A DNA stretch of 64,000 bases from the human T2T-CHM13v2.0 reference genome, Homo sapiens. The translations under genes were made by a program, and so were the position numbers. Below, one piece after another: positions 38,701 to 52,024 of the stretch. The DNA is taken from NCBI RefSeq assembly GCF_009914755.1, contig NC_060930.1; one strand, 5' to 3'. Under the pieces are notes generated by a model. The model was not told where the DNA came from, ran no database searches, and saw nothing but the letters and a program-made list of their open reading frames with translations. Numbering within the stretch: the stretch's first letter is position 1; every line of letters starts with the position of its first letter.

Positions 38701-39620
38701 TGAGTCGTCAAAGTTCTTGCACTTGTTCTTTCTCATGTTTTGGGGCTGATGTTTCTTTAATCTTTGAAGTTGCTAACCTATGGATGGACTTTTTTTTTTT
38801 TTCATTTTATCCTATTTAATAAACTTGAAGGTTTGATTGTGGTATAAAGTGGATTCAGCCAACTGGCTTTGTTTCTGGAAGATTTTAGGGGGCCAGTGCT
38901 CAGCTCCCAAGTCCTGGACTACATGCTCAGACTCTGGGGGACTTGCATAAGGCCCCAATTTTGTTGTCAGGCTCCTATAGGTTAAGAATCCACTGTGCTG
39001 GGGAAGGGGGCTGCTGACAAGGTGCTCCTGGACCAGCGGTCACTACACTCCAATGAGTGGTGTCAGCCAAAGCATTTCATAGTGCAGTAGCAGAAGGATA
39101 CATCTTTGTTTGCATGTGCCAGCAGCAGGAGCAGCATGAAGAGGTGCATATTCATTGGCTGCAGCAGAGTGCTTGCCAGTGCTGGGGTGCCTGCCTCTGC
39201 ATGTTCATTCACCACAGTGGAGTGGGCAGCATGGCTGCAGGGTGCAGGGGGCTCCTGTTGGGGACTGTGCACTCGATTAGGCTGATAGTGGTGTTAGCAC
39301 ATGAGTGGGGTATTCACTATTTCCTAATTTACCTTGTGATTTCTTTTTTGACCCATTGGTTTTTAAAGAATGTGTTTTACAATTTTTTCATATTTGTAGA
39401 CTTTCCAGTATTCCTTCAACTGGTAATTTCTAGTTGCATTGCATTGTAGTTGGAAAAGATACCTTGCATGATTTCAATTTTATTAATTTGTTAAGATTTG
39501 TTTTGTGACCTAAAATGTAGTCTGTCCTGGAGACTGTCACACATGTGCTTGAGAAGAATGTGTATCCTCCTGTTGTTGGAAGAAATGTTCTGTACATGGC
39601 TGTTAGGTACAATTGGTCCA

Positions 39621-39811
39621 CAGTAGTCCGCCCTTATCCTTGGTTTCTCTTTCTGTGGTTCTAGTTACTCATGGTCAAACGAGGTCTGAAAATATTAAGT
39701 GGAAAATTCTGAAAATCAATAATCAAAAGTTTTAAATTGTGCATCATTCTGAGTAGCATCTTGCTCCAACCTGTTTGGAACATGAATCATCCCTTTCTGC
39801 AGCATATCCAT
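39621..39811 (+). mobile_element. MER44/Tigger7 5' fragment
   Basis: cagtagtccgcccttatcc...ggtctgaaaatattaagtggaaaattc. Confidence 0.75.
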
Positions 39812-39976
39812 ATTTTAGATATATTTTTCTATCTTTTCCCTTATAGCTTATGTGTGTCTTTAAAGTCTGTTGTAGACAGCATATGGATGGCTCTTGGTTT
39901 TTTGTTGTTTTTAATTTTTTATCTATTCAGCCAATCTATGTCTTTTGATTAGTTTAATTCATTTACATTTAAAATA

Positions 39977-41133
39977 CAGTTGACCTTTCTACAACATGAG
40001 TTTGAACTGTGTGAGTCCACTTAGGTATGGATTTTTTTTCAATAAATATTACACCCTGTGCCTGCCTCTCCTGCCTCCCCTTCCACCTCTTCCACCTCTT
40101 CCACCACTGCCACCCGTGAAACAGAAAGACTAACCCCTTCTCCTCCTACTCCTCCTCAGCCTACTCAATGTGAAGACAATGAGGATGAAAAACTTTATGG
40201 TGATCTATATCCACTTAATTAATAGGAAATGTATTTTCTCTTTTTCAGAATTTTCTTTCTAGAATTTAAAAGTGAATGTATTTGTACAATTTGATACTTT
40301 CATTAGCCAGCGAACATTTGGAAAAGTACAGAACAAATTGCTAACATAAGGACATAAATAACCCCACTGCTTGTTATTGTCAACTTTGTTGAAGATCAGA
40401 TAGTTGTAGGCGTGTGACTTTAATCCTTGGTTCTCTATTCCATTCTATTCTATTGGTTTATGTGTCTGTTTCTGTACCACAGAAACAGGGGAGGACTTAC
40501 TATTGTCATTTTTTAAATATCTTTTGGCTATTTCATTTGTCTTTTCCTCTCTTATTGCCTTCCTTTGTTTTCACTAGCTTTTTTTGTACCATGCTGTTTG
40601 GTTACTGTAGCCTTATAGTATAGTATAGTTTGAAGTTGGGTGATGTGATGTCTCCAGCTTTGTTGTTTTTTTTTTTTAGGACATATGCTGGTTTTACATC
40701 CTTACACTTCACTGAAGCCATTTATCAGCTCAAGGAGCCTTTTGGCAGAGCCTTCAGGATTTTCTAGGTATAAAATCATATCATCAGTGAAGAGAGATAA
40801 TTTGACTTCATCTTTTATTATTTGGATGCCTTTTATTTCTTTCTCTTGCCTGATTCCTCTGGCTTTAACTTCCAGTACTATGTTGAATAGTAATGGTGAG
40901 AGAATGTTCTTATTAACATTTTCTATTATGTAGCTTACTTTATTGTAAGGGTACAGTACTAATAGATATAACAAACAAATATGTGTGAATTGACTATTAA
41001 TGCTATTTTTAAGGCATCCAGTAAATCACAGGCTATTAGTAGTTAAGTTTAGGGAAGTCAAAAGTTGTATGCAGATTTTCAACTATGTGGGAAATTGATT
41101 CCCCTAAGCCCCATGTTGTTCAAGGGTCAACTC
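39977..41133 (+). mobile_element. Tigger2a (MER28)-like element split by a composite insert at 40258-40900
   Basis: TIRs cagttgacct / agggtcaact; cctcagcctactcaatgtgaagac core. Confidence 0.85.
40363..40900 (-). mobile_element. Two joined internal L1 ORF2 fragments inside Tigger2a
   Basis: ORF 40702-40974 encodes [12 protein letters not shown]...[14 protein letters not shown]; jump at ~40683 to a later ORF2 segment. Confidence 0.8.
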
Positions 41134-42526
41134 ATTACCGATAGGGGAGGACTTACTATTGCCATTTTTTAAATATATTTTGGCTATTTCATCCGTCTTT
41201 TCCTCTCTTATTGCCTTCCTTTGTTTTCACTCACTTTTTTTGTAGTGATATGCTTTGATTACCTTCTTATTTCCATCTGTTCATCCTCTACAGGTATTTT
41301 CTTTGTGGGAACCATGTGAATTACAAAAAATATCTTAAGTTTATAATAACCTATTTTAAACTGTTAACAATTTAACTTCATACTAGTACTCTTCCACTTT
41401 ACATCTCTGCCTTCCCACCCTACACACTTTATGTTATTAATGTCACAAATTGCATCTTTTTATACTGTGCATTCATTAACATCAATTTAGAGTTATTTTA
41501 TGCTTGTCATTTAAATTTTATACAAGAATTAAAAGTATCTTATGAACCAACATTATGATACTACATGAGTGAATATTTGCCTATATATTTATCTTTACCA
41601 GAGAGCTTTATATATTTGTGTGGTCTTGTGTTGCTATCTTATATCCTTCCCTTTCAACTTGAAGGACTCCCTTTAGAATTTATTGCATACCAGGTCTACT
41701 GGTGATGAACTCTCTCAGCTTTTGTTTATCTGGGAAAGTCTTAATTTATTCTTCATTTTTGAAGGATAGTTTTGTGTGATGTAGTATTCTTGGTTGGCAG
41801 GGTTTTTTCTTTCTTTCTTTCTTTCAGCACTTTAAATCCACCCTCTTTTCTTCTGCAAAATTTCCTCTGAAAAATTCATTGATAATCTTCTAGAAGCTCC
41901 TTTGTGCAAGATAGTCATTTTTCTCTTGTTGATTTCAAGATTGTATCTTTGTGATCTTTGGGAGTTTGATTATAATGTGTCCTGGTGTGAGTCTTTTGGA
42001 GTTTTTGAGTTAGAGTTTGTTGAGCTCTTTGAATTTCTATGTTCATTCCTTTCCTCAGATTTGGGAAGGTTTTGGCCATTATTTCTTCAAATAGTTATCC
42101 ACTTCTTTCCCTCTTGCTTTTCCTCTGGGATGCTCATATTGCTTGATAATGTCCCTTAAGCCTTTTAGGCTCTTCACTTTTCTTCATTTTGTTTTCTTTA
42201 TGCTCCTTTGACTTGGTACTTTGACCTCCTTGATAGATGACCTGCTTTTGTAAATTAAAATTTTCTTAGAACACAGCTGCACCCATTCATTTATGTATTG
42301 CAAACCCTTTTGTACCTTTTGAGCTACATGGGCAAACTGTGTCATTGCAATGATATATTGGCCCACAACTTTAAGTATGGCCCACAAGCCTAAAATATCC
42401 TGGCCTTTTTCAGAAAAAAATTACCCTGATCCCTGCCTAGAAGAGTGTATCTTGTCTACAAAACAACAGAGTATCTTTTGCAAAGAGTAAGTATTATAAG
42501 GATTCTGCTTCTTTCATCCCCTAAGA

Positions 42527-45376
42527 CAGGGGTCCCCAACCCATAGGCCATGGACCAGTACCAGTCTGTGGTCTGATAGGAACCGGGCCACACAGCAGGA
42601 GGTGAGCGGCAGGTGACTGAGTGAAGCCTCATCTGTATTTACAGCCACTCACCATCTTATATGATTTGGCCATGTCCCCACCCACCTCTCACCTTGAGTT
42701 ATAATAACCCCTATGTGTCAAGGGCAGTTCCCCCATACTGTTCTCATGGTAGTGAATAAGTCTCATGAGATCTGATGGTTTTATAAATGGGAGTTCCCCT
42801 GAACAAGCTCTCTTGCCTGCCACCATATAAGATGTGGCTTTGCTCCTTGACAGCTTCCACCATGATTATGAGGTCCCCCCAGCCATGTGGTACTGTGAGT
42901 CAATTAAACCTCTTTCCTTTATAAATTACCCAGTCTCAGGTTTGTCTTTATTAGCAGCATGAGAACAGACTAATACAGTAAATTGGTACTCGTAGAGTGG
43001 GGTGCTGCTATAAACATACCTGAAAATGTGGAAATAACTTTGGAACCGGGTAATAGGTAGAGGTTGGAACACTTTGGAGGGCTCAGAAGAAGATAGGAAA
43101 ATGTAGGAAAGTTTGGAACTTCCTAGAGACTTGGAGGGATCAGAAGACAGGAAGATGTGGGAAAGTTTGGAACTTCCTAGAGACTTGTTGAATGGCTTTG
43201 ACAAAAATGCTGATAGTTACTTGGACAATAAAGTCCAGGCTGCAGTGGTCTCAGATGGAGATGAGGAACTTGTTGGCAACTGCAGTAAAGGTCACTCTTG
43301 CTATGCAAAGAGACTGGTGGCATTTTGCCCCTGCCCTAGAGATCTTTGGAAATTTGAACTTGAGACAGATGATTTAGGGTATCTGGTAGAAGAAATTTCT
43401 AAGCAGCAAAGTGCTCAAGATGTAACTTGGGTGCCGTTAAAAGCATTCAGTTTTATGTATTCACAAAGATATGGTTTAGAATTGGAACTGATGTTTAAAA
43501 GGGAAGCAGAGCAGAAAAGTTTGCAGGCTGACGATGCGATAGAAAAGAAAAACCCATTTTCTGAGGAGAAATTCTAGCTGGATACAGAAATTTGCATAAA
43601 TAACAAGGAGCTAAATGTTAATCACCAAGGCAATGGGGAAAATGTCTCCAGGGCATGTCAAAGGTCTTGGCAACAGCCTCTCCCATCACAGGCCCAGAGG
43701 CCTAGGAGGAAAGAATGGTTTCATGGGCCAGGCCCAGACCCCCCACCCCGGCTCTGTGCAGCCTAGGGATTTGGTGCCCTGCATCTCAGCTACTCTAGAC
43801 ATGGCTACAAGGGGCCAAGGTACAGCTCAGCCGATGGCTTCAGAGGGTGCAAGCCCCAAGCCTTGGCAACTTTCATGTGGTGTCGAGTCTTCGGGTGCAC
43901 AGAATTAAAGAACTGAGGTTTGGGAACCTCTGCCTAGATTTCAGAGGATGTGTGGAAATACCTGGATGTCCAGGCAGAAGTTTGCTGCAGGGTTGGGGCC
44001 CTCATGGAGAACCTCTGTTAGGACAGTGCAGAAGGGAAATGTGGCGTTGGACCCCCCACACAGAGTCCCCACTGGTGTACTGCCTAATGCAGCTGTCAGA
44101 AGACAGTCACCATCCTCCAGACCCCAGAAAGGTAGATCCACCATGAGTTTACACCATGCACCTGGAAAAGCCACAGACACTGAACTCCAGCCTGTGAAAG
44201 CAGTCAGGAGGGAGGCTGTACCCTGAAAAGCCACAGGGGTGGAGCTGCCCAAGACCATAGGAGCCCACCTCTTCCATTAGCATGATCTGGATATGAGACA
44301 TGGAGTCAAAGGAGATCATTTCAGAGCTTTAAGATTTGGCTGCCCAACTAGATTTTGGATTGCTTGGAGCCTTTAGCCCCTTTGTTTTGGCCCATTTCGC
44401 CCCTTTGCAATGGGAGCATTTACCCAATGCCTGAACGTCCATTGTATCTTGGAAGTAACTAACTTACTTTTGATTTTACAGGCTTATAGGCAGAAGTGAC
44501 TTGCCTTGTCTCCAATGAGACTTTGGACTGTGGACTTTTTAGTTAATTCTGAAATGAGTTAAGACTTTGGGGGACTGTTGGGAAGGCATGATTGGGTTTT
44601 GAAATGTGAGGACATGAGATTTGGGAGGGGCCAGCAGTGAAATGATGAGGTTTGGCTGTGTCCCCATCCAAATCCCACCTCGTATTGTAATAATCCCCAT
44701 GTGGAGATTATTGAATCATGGGGGCAGTTTCCCCCATACTGTTCTCATCATAGTGAATGAGTCTCACAAGATGCCCTGGTTTTACAAATGGGAGTTCCCC
44801 TGCACAAGTTCTCTTGCTTGCTGCCATGTAAGATGTGACTTTGCTCCTTATTCACCTTCCATCATGAATGTGAGACCTCCCCAGACATGTGGAACTGTGA
44901 GTCAATTAAATCTCTTTGTAAATTACCCAGTCTCAGGCATGTCTTTATTAGCAGCACAAGAACAGACTAATACACCATTGCTCACACTACTGCATAAGCT
45001 CCACCTTCTCTCAGATCAGGGGTAGCATTAGATTCTCAAAAGAGCACAAATTCTATTGTGAACTGTGCATATGAGGGATCTAGGTTGTGCACTCCTTATG
45101 AGAATCTAATGCCTGATGAGCTGTCACTATCTCCCATCACCCCGAGATAAGAGTGTCTAGCTGCAGGAAAACAAGCTCAGGGCTCCCACTGATTCTATAT
45201 TATGGTGAGTTGTATAATTATTTCATTATATATTACAATGTAATAATAATAGAAATAAAGTGCACAATAAATGTAATGCACTTGAATCATTCCAAAACCA
45301 TCCCCTCCTCCATGGGCTATGGAAAATTGCCTTCCATGAAACCAGTCCCTGGTACCAAAAAGGTTGGGGACTGCTG
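42527..45376 (+). mobile_element. MER1A split by a THE1 provirus; pieces 42527-42656 and 44975-45376
   Basis: TIRs caggggtccccaacc / ggttggggactgctg; perfect 8-bp TSD ccctaaga. Confidence 0.93.
42657..44974 (+). mobile_element. Full-length THE1 (B/C-like) MaLR provirus: 5' LTR 42657-42977, internal 42978-44642, 3' LTR 44643-44974
   Basis: Paired LTRs ending gactaataca, THE1-int sequence, TSD ccatc/ccatt. Confidence 0.92.
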
Positions 45377-46999
45377 CCCTAAGAGGAAATGAATAAAACA
45401 CAGTAAAAACAAAGAAGAATTTGCAGGTAAATGCTGAGCTTCAATCATCCCACAGGATTTGGACAAAAACTGGTTCAAGGGTGTAGCTCTCCTGGTTAAT
45501 AAATGTGCTTTACTCTTTACTCATCATATTTTGGAAACCTTCAGGCAATGATAGATTAATTGACCCCATGGCATTTAAGTTAGATATGGAACTATAGCAA
45601 AGAAAATTCTTGATATAATATACGTAAGTTTTTACACAGTATATTTGTATATAATTACTTCTAAGTTTCATGACAGAAGTCCTTCAAAGAAATCAAGCTA
45701 GTTGAAACATTGCAATATGAAAAATTCTCTTGAGGCCTAATGGGTTTTCATTGACTTCAAAATGATTTACAGATCAGATTGCCTAGTTTTCAATATTGGA
45801 TACTTCCCTTTTATTACACTCACTTTTCGCATTCCCATACCTTTGTCTCTCTTCTCAATGTGTTATTCTTCTGTTAATTATCCTTAGCATCAATTCTTCT
45901 CAAATGATGCAATTTCTACACTTGTTTTCCTATATGCTGCATTAACTGATTTTTTTCCCATTCACTTCCCCACCTCCAGACATGATGTATATAAATCACT
46001 GAATGGCTAATGAAAGCCCAGGTTCTATTCTTGGGTTTGCCACCATCTATCTTTGTAACTTAAGGATATCTTATTATTCCATGAGTGTTAGATTCACCTG
46101 AAGCAGAGGAGATTGACCCAGCATCTCTAAAATACGTCAAAAATGTGTGGATAAGATAAAATTTAAACTATTTGCTTCTCAGCAAGAAACGTAACAAGTA
46201 ACAGGTGTTTTAGAAGCTACGAGTGCAATGCTTCACAGCAATATACCAGATGTATATGGGCAGATTATCTTCAGAGCTGCCAAGAAGATGCACAGAGGCA
46301 TTTCCATCAAGGACTACAAACCATGAACTAAGCTCTTCCAGCCATATTGCCAGACATGCCTCTAGAGCCAACAAAACTGGGTCTGATTTAACATAATTCA
46401 TCATCCCTATTTTCTAAGAAAATACATGCTGTAGACTATAAAATATATGGAATTTATATAAAATATAATTTATTAATTTTGTATAGAATTATATAGAATT
46501 TATATAAAATATAAATCTTAATTTTGGATTATTAAATACATGATATAATTATGTAATATCATACACAATAATTGTATGTATTTTACTTCAATTACTTCCA
46601 ATTGGTTTGTAGTTTAATTTTAAGAGTACAGAAGAACTGCAGGCACATTAGTCTCCAGTTCCTGCCTCTGCCCTAATTGATATGTCCTTGTCCTGAGCTT
46701 CTAGCTCATAGAAGCAACTAATTTTCCTCTTCACAGATATGGCTACTAATTATACCAATTCCTAACACTGGATCCAGGAAGGCCCATCCATATTGCATCC
46801 AGCAACTCATAGGGTAGCCTGATTAAAGGTAATTCATTAGCTAGTCAATTACTTGCATTGCTCTAGAACTCTGAGTAGAGAATATGGCCATGCTCAAAGA
46901 AGGAAACAGAGAAGATGAACAGTAAGAAGCACTGTTGCTATCACTGGGGCCCTATGAGTCATGAAAGGAGGTAAAAGAATTAGCGTGTACTACTTCTCT

Positions 47000-47520
47000 A
47001 CAACCCTGCAATGATTTCCCACAGCTTCTTAGAAAACTCAAGCGTCTTTCCTCTGACAAAAGGCTGCAATACACTTGACATTTGTCTGTCTCCCACATCT
47101 CACTCTGTCTATTCTCTCCATTGCTCCTTACACTCCAATCATACTGTTTTCTGATTTTGTTGTTGTTATTGTCTTTCTTGTCTTGAATAACTGTGTTTGT
47201 TATAACTTCTACCTGGAATATATCTCCTTGCATGGTTGGCTGCTTTTCATTATTCAGAAGTTAGCTTATATGGCACTTGTTCTCTTACTATCCAATCTAC
47301 ATTAGAATCTTCCTAGTCATTCCCTAACCCATTGGCCTGTGCTTCCCTTCTGCTAAATTAGATTTTTTCCTTTTTTATTGTCTATCTCCTCCTACCAGAA
47401 AAAAGTACATGAGAGACGAAGGGCCCTTAATTGTATTATTTTTTGTTGCATCTTCATTGACTAGAACAGAGAATGGCATTAGTATTCATGAATTACTAAT
47501 AGAATAAATACATGAGCGAA
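47000..47520 (+). mobile_element. Probable L2 3' remnant
   Basis: Weak L2-like motifs (acctggaatatatctcc, catgagagacgaaggg, tagaacagagaatggca, gaataaatacatga). Confidence 0.4.
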
Positions 47521-49757
47521 AAGATAATAAGATAATGAGACCCTAATACTGCCCTGTATCTGATGGATTTCTGATTTCAGTTCCAGGCTACACGTATTCT
47601 TACAATAGATTCACATTTTTTTAAGTGATTTCCATTTCTGCTCCTTGCAACCAAAAGTCATCATATACTTGAGACTCTGTGTGACTTTGAGCAACAGGTC
47701 ATCAACCACCACACCCCCAAACTGGAGCCTTCTCCCACACTGGGCACATTCCCAAAACAGCCCTGTGGATTCTCCACATGTTTCTATAACCGGTCATACG
47801 GGATTTCTAATTAATTTGCACAGACTTTGATTTCATACAATTTTTGGAGGACAGAAAATATGCTTTTTATAATCACATTTTATTTTTGCAGTTGGCTGAG
47901 TTTATATCCTGACATTCTTGGTTTTCTAATTTCATTAATTTGTATTCTACCACAGCTGGTAGTCTACTGGGAAGTTTGTTTTTTAACTTCATGAACTTTG
48001 TTAAGGTAGAGAGATTTTAAATATGGCAAAAAAAATTACTTTTCAAACTAAACGTATTCATTAGTAACTTAAAGTACATAGTATTACAAATAATGAGTTT
48101 CAATATCCAATTGTAACTCCCTGTGACAATGAAAGTTGTGACTAATTGAAGATATACAATGAGGTGTTGATTATCTTGAAGATGCCCTTGTGGAAGGAGT
48201 AAGGGCTAGAGGCATCTTTTTTATTTCTAAGCCCTCATAACTATCCTCAACTATTTTTAGGTTTTAATACTGTGATCTCAAAGCATTCCATTCCCATCTA
48301 GATGTGCTCAGCATCTTTAACTACACTGCCCTCCACCTGTATAGAGTTGAGGCGCCCAATACCTAGAAAAGTTCCCTTCTCTCCATGTACTAATAATTTC
48401 CAGGAATTTCTCCAGAATCTGGTTACTCTATCCTCAACTACTCTAGTTTTTTAGGATCTGGTTCTTGCTGGTTTTTGACTTTTGGCCTGCCCCTTCAGAC
48501 TTAATTGGTTCCATAGCTTGTGTTCACCCAAATTTTTATTTTTAGTTTATTCTACACCTTGCAGCTAAGAGTCATCCCTGTCCACTTCCATACAAAACCC
48601 AACTTCCTGAAGCCCAGCAGGGACCCAATGCAAGGCCCACCAATTACTTGGGAGAAGAGTTCAGATAAATTTTCCTGTATCCCATTACAAATCATTATCA
48701 GGTATAATTGCTTCAAAGTAATAGAACAACTGTGTAATACTAAAAAATTTACAGTGAAACACACTACTCTCACCGAGTTTCCAGGGTCCATTCCATTTAT
48801 TCACTACTGGGAGAATAGGAAACATTTTATTCATGTCTCTATGGGTAACGAGAGAAGTTGAAAACAATACAGGAATGGACTAGGGGGCTGGCAATGGAAA
48901 TGTAAAGGAAAAGATAGAAGTGAGAGATGCTAGAAATGAAAATGTGATAAGGACCTGGCTGTTATATATATATTAGGCACAAAGGAGACAAAACTTTCTA
49001 CAATAATGACAATTTTTCCAACTTGAATGATTGAATGCTTCATACCAGTAGCAAATAGGCAAGTGAAAAGGAGAACAAGAGCGGAAGGAGTTGATAATTA
49101 AGGCAATTATTTAAAAAGTAAAACACATAGTCAAAAATATATTTAGTTGTATATTTTTAACTAATGTGGGAGTGGTCAGAGAAAATGACTATATCAACTC
49201 ATTTATCCCTGAATGAATGAGTTGTACACTAAAGAGACAAATGAGACGTAATCTCTCTCTCTGCTGGCTCTGGGACCCTTTCTGCCACCTCCTATGAACT
49301 TTCCTTTCCCAGACTACAACTCATATTTTAATCTACACCTTGGGCTCTGTTAACTAAGATGAGCATAAGGAAAAAGAACGCAGAAATTAAAGAGAAAAGA
49401 AGTGCTCAACGAGTTAAAAGAATCAAGCAAGTGCAACGTTACCCCAAGCCAAAATATAAAGGAACTTCAAGAGAAAGAGAGCAGAAAACAATTTGAAGTG
49501 CTAGAGATTTCAAAGCAAATGCATTTGCAGCTTGAAGATTACTAGATAGTCAATAATTAGATATAGCAGGAAATGGGGGAAGTATTGCTGTATAACAAAG
49601 AACTGACTGCACTTGCTTTTTCATTCTATGGTGATAGTATTCATTTTGGGAAAAGGTTCTACATATAAGAAAGTAATTCAGTGATCGTTTTGAGTGCATG
49701 TGTGAACAAAAAGGGCACTTTCTACCCTTAAAAGAGGGTTAAAAAAAAAAAAACTTA

Positions 49758-50100
<343 letters not shown>

Positions 50101-50501
50101 AGGAAGAAAGAGTGGATCAAGAGCCTGGAGAGAAAAGTAAAATTAATAAATAAATAATGATAAATGTGAAGATGAGCTAGGTAAAGAAAGAGCCCTAGTG
50201 CCAAGCTAAAGGCCTTAAGAAGAGAGGAAGCTGATGCCCTATTTTCAGCAATGGCTGATAAATAAATTAATGCCTGATAATAAATTAATGTCCACATGGA
50301 TTTTACTGTAGCTATTCATAAGAGAATGAAGAAATTAGGGTGGTGTCCACCATAGGGAAGAGTCAGACAGCAAGAGAAAGAATCTTCAAGTACTGAGAGT
50401 GATGATTAAGAAGAAAATTACTGTGTGGTCCAATAAACAGATATCAATCTCCCTGAAATCCACAATAATATCAGTAATAGTTTCAAAACTTTATACAGTG
50501 T

Positions 50502-50840
50502 TGCTATAGATGGAATATTTGTATACCCTCCAAAATTCTTATGTTGGGGCCTTGATCTTCAATGTGATGGTATTTAGAGGTGGGGCTTTGGGGTATAATG
50601 AATGGAATTAATGCTCTTGTATGAAAGAGACAAGAGAGAGATGGTCTCTCTCTCAACCATGTGAGGACACAGGGAGAAGGTGGAGGTCTGCAAACCAGGA
50701 AAAGGGCCCTCACCGGAAACTAGACCATTCTGGTCACCTGATTTTGGACTTTCATCTTTCAGAACTGTGAGAAATAAATGTTTGTTGTTTAAGTCACCTA
50801 CTCTATGACATTTATTATAGCAGCCCAAGCTAACTAAGGC
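50502..50840 (+). mobile_element. MLT1A-like MaLR solo LTR
   Basis: tgctatagatggaat...agaactgtgagaaataaatg...aactaaggca. Confidence 0.8.
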
Positions 50841-52024
50841 AGGGATAGAGTCTTGTGCCAACATATTTGGATATTAAAATAAAGGGTGATCTTCAAAGTC
50901 TAGAGAACTTGATGACACCAAGTCAGTTGACTCTTGGGCTATAATAGTTTCACCATTTGCGCTTCTGTTTTTGTAATCAGTGTTGCCAGCAGATGCCTGT
51001 ACTGAGCAGGTAATGGCTTATTTGGTGTCATTTAAGGAATTAGTCTCCACTTAAAATTATCTCCCTACACTTTGAGTATTACAAGTTATAGATTAATGTG
51101 TATAGGAAAATATCAGTCATGTTCACATTGGTCTAAAAATTAGTTAAAACAAATTCTCCTTCCTCTAGAGGCTAGCTAAGACTATTTGAAAGTTTGGATG
51201 AGAAGAAACAGGGGAACGAAATAAGACACTGGGAGATGGAAACCCAAGCTATGGCAAGGAGAAACTTTCAGGGCCCAACAAGTGGCACTAATGCCCTGGG
51301 TGCTGGAAATGATGAGGTAGAGTGAGAGGAGATGGGTGTAATGGTGCCAAAGATAATTCCAACTATTTAGAAATTTTACCTAGAGCACTGCATTTTTAAA
51401 AAATAATAATTCAAATTGTCAATTTCCCCATCATTCATTTTTTCTTAACCATTTCTGCCTCTTCACTTTCTGTTCTTCCAAAGTGATCTTTAATTATTTG
51501 TTTCAGCTCTCTCTCCTTTCTTTTCTTTCTCTAGATGTCTCAACAAGCTGAGAAATGGTTAAATTCAAACTACAGGAAAAGGAGGTGAGATTAACAGAGT
51601 GACTTGTCAGCTAGTCGGCATTGAGAAGCCTCAAATCCCAGAATCCGACAACATTTTTCCTGGATTTTGACCATAGTCTCTGTTTAGTTCACAGACAACC
51701 TATCCATATATAGTCAACTCTTCAGTAATTACACTCAGAAGATAGACTTTGAGACTCATCCAAGAAGTAAAGGGTCACATTGTCTTCTGAGTTTAATTTC
51801 TCACCTCAGCTGTTTATTTGCTCTGAATAAAGCCTGTGGGATTAGAAAGGGAATCAGTTACATATCCCAAAGCAACTCTTTTAGCTACAGCAATCAGTCC
51901 GAGTTCCTATCTTGAGTTTTAATGACGATTAACATCTCTATGATCTTCTGTGTTGGACTGAATTCTATCTAAGGAGAAAACTTGGTAAAATATTTTAAAG
52001 CAATCACAAAGCTATTGCTCGGAA

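Larger units (their letters stand above)
32861..39313 (-). mobile_element. Near full-length older L1PA (about L1PA12-PA15) nested in the L1MB
   Basis: 3' end acccagatattaagcctagtac...cctgatcctctcc; minus-strand ORF2 fragments (37059-37628 endonuclease), ORF1 fragment 37849-38067, GC-richer 5'UTR ~38850-39313. Confidence 0.85.
29785..42239 (-). mobile_element. Old L1MB1/2-like LINE-1, long, interrupted by younger elements
   Basis: L1MB-type 3' end (catcttgcaaaatggaaactcta, ccagcccctgg); decayed antisense ORF2 at 30500-32860 resumes at ~39315. Confidence 0.75.
29732..42435 (+). mobile_element. MER58A split into 29732-29784 and 42240-42435 by a ~12.5 kb nested L1 stack
   Basis: 5' piece (ggccaaatctgg...acctgcttt) and 3' piece (acctgcttttgtaaatt...gaacacagc...tggcctttttcagaaaaa) join into a copy colinear with the intact MER58A at 52025; acctgcttt is duplicated at the junctions. 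Confidence 0.7.

Noticed and set aside
43071-43190. ~55-bp tandem duplication in THE1-int
   Set aside because: I recall this duplication in some THE1/MST internal consensus sequences, so it is probably inherited rather than locus-specific.
46240-46400. Coding-looking stretch (IPDVYGQIIFRAAKKMHRGISIKDYKP)
   Set aside because: Short, closed by a stop, and matches no protein I recognise.
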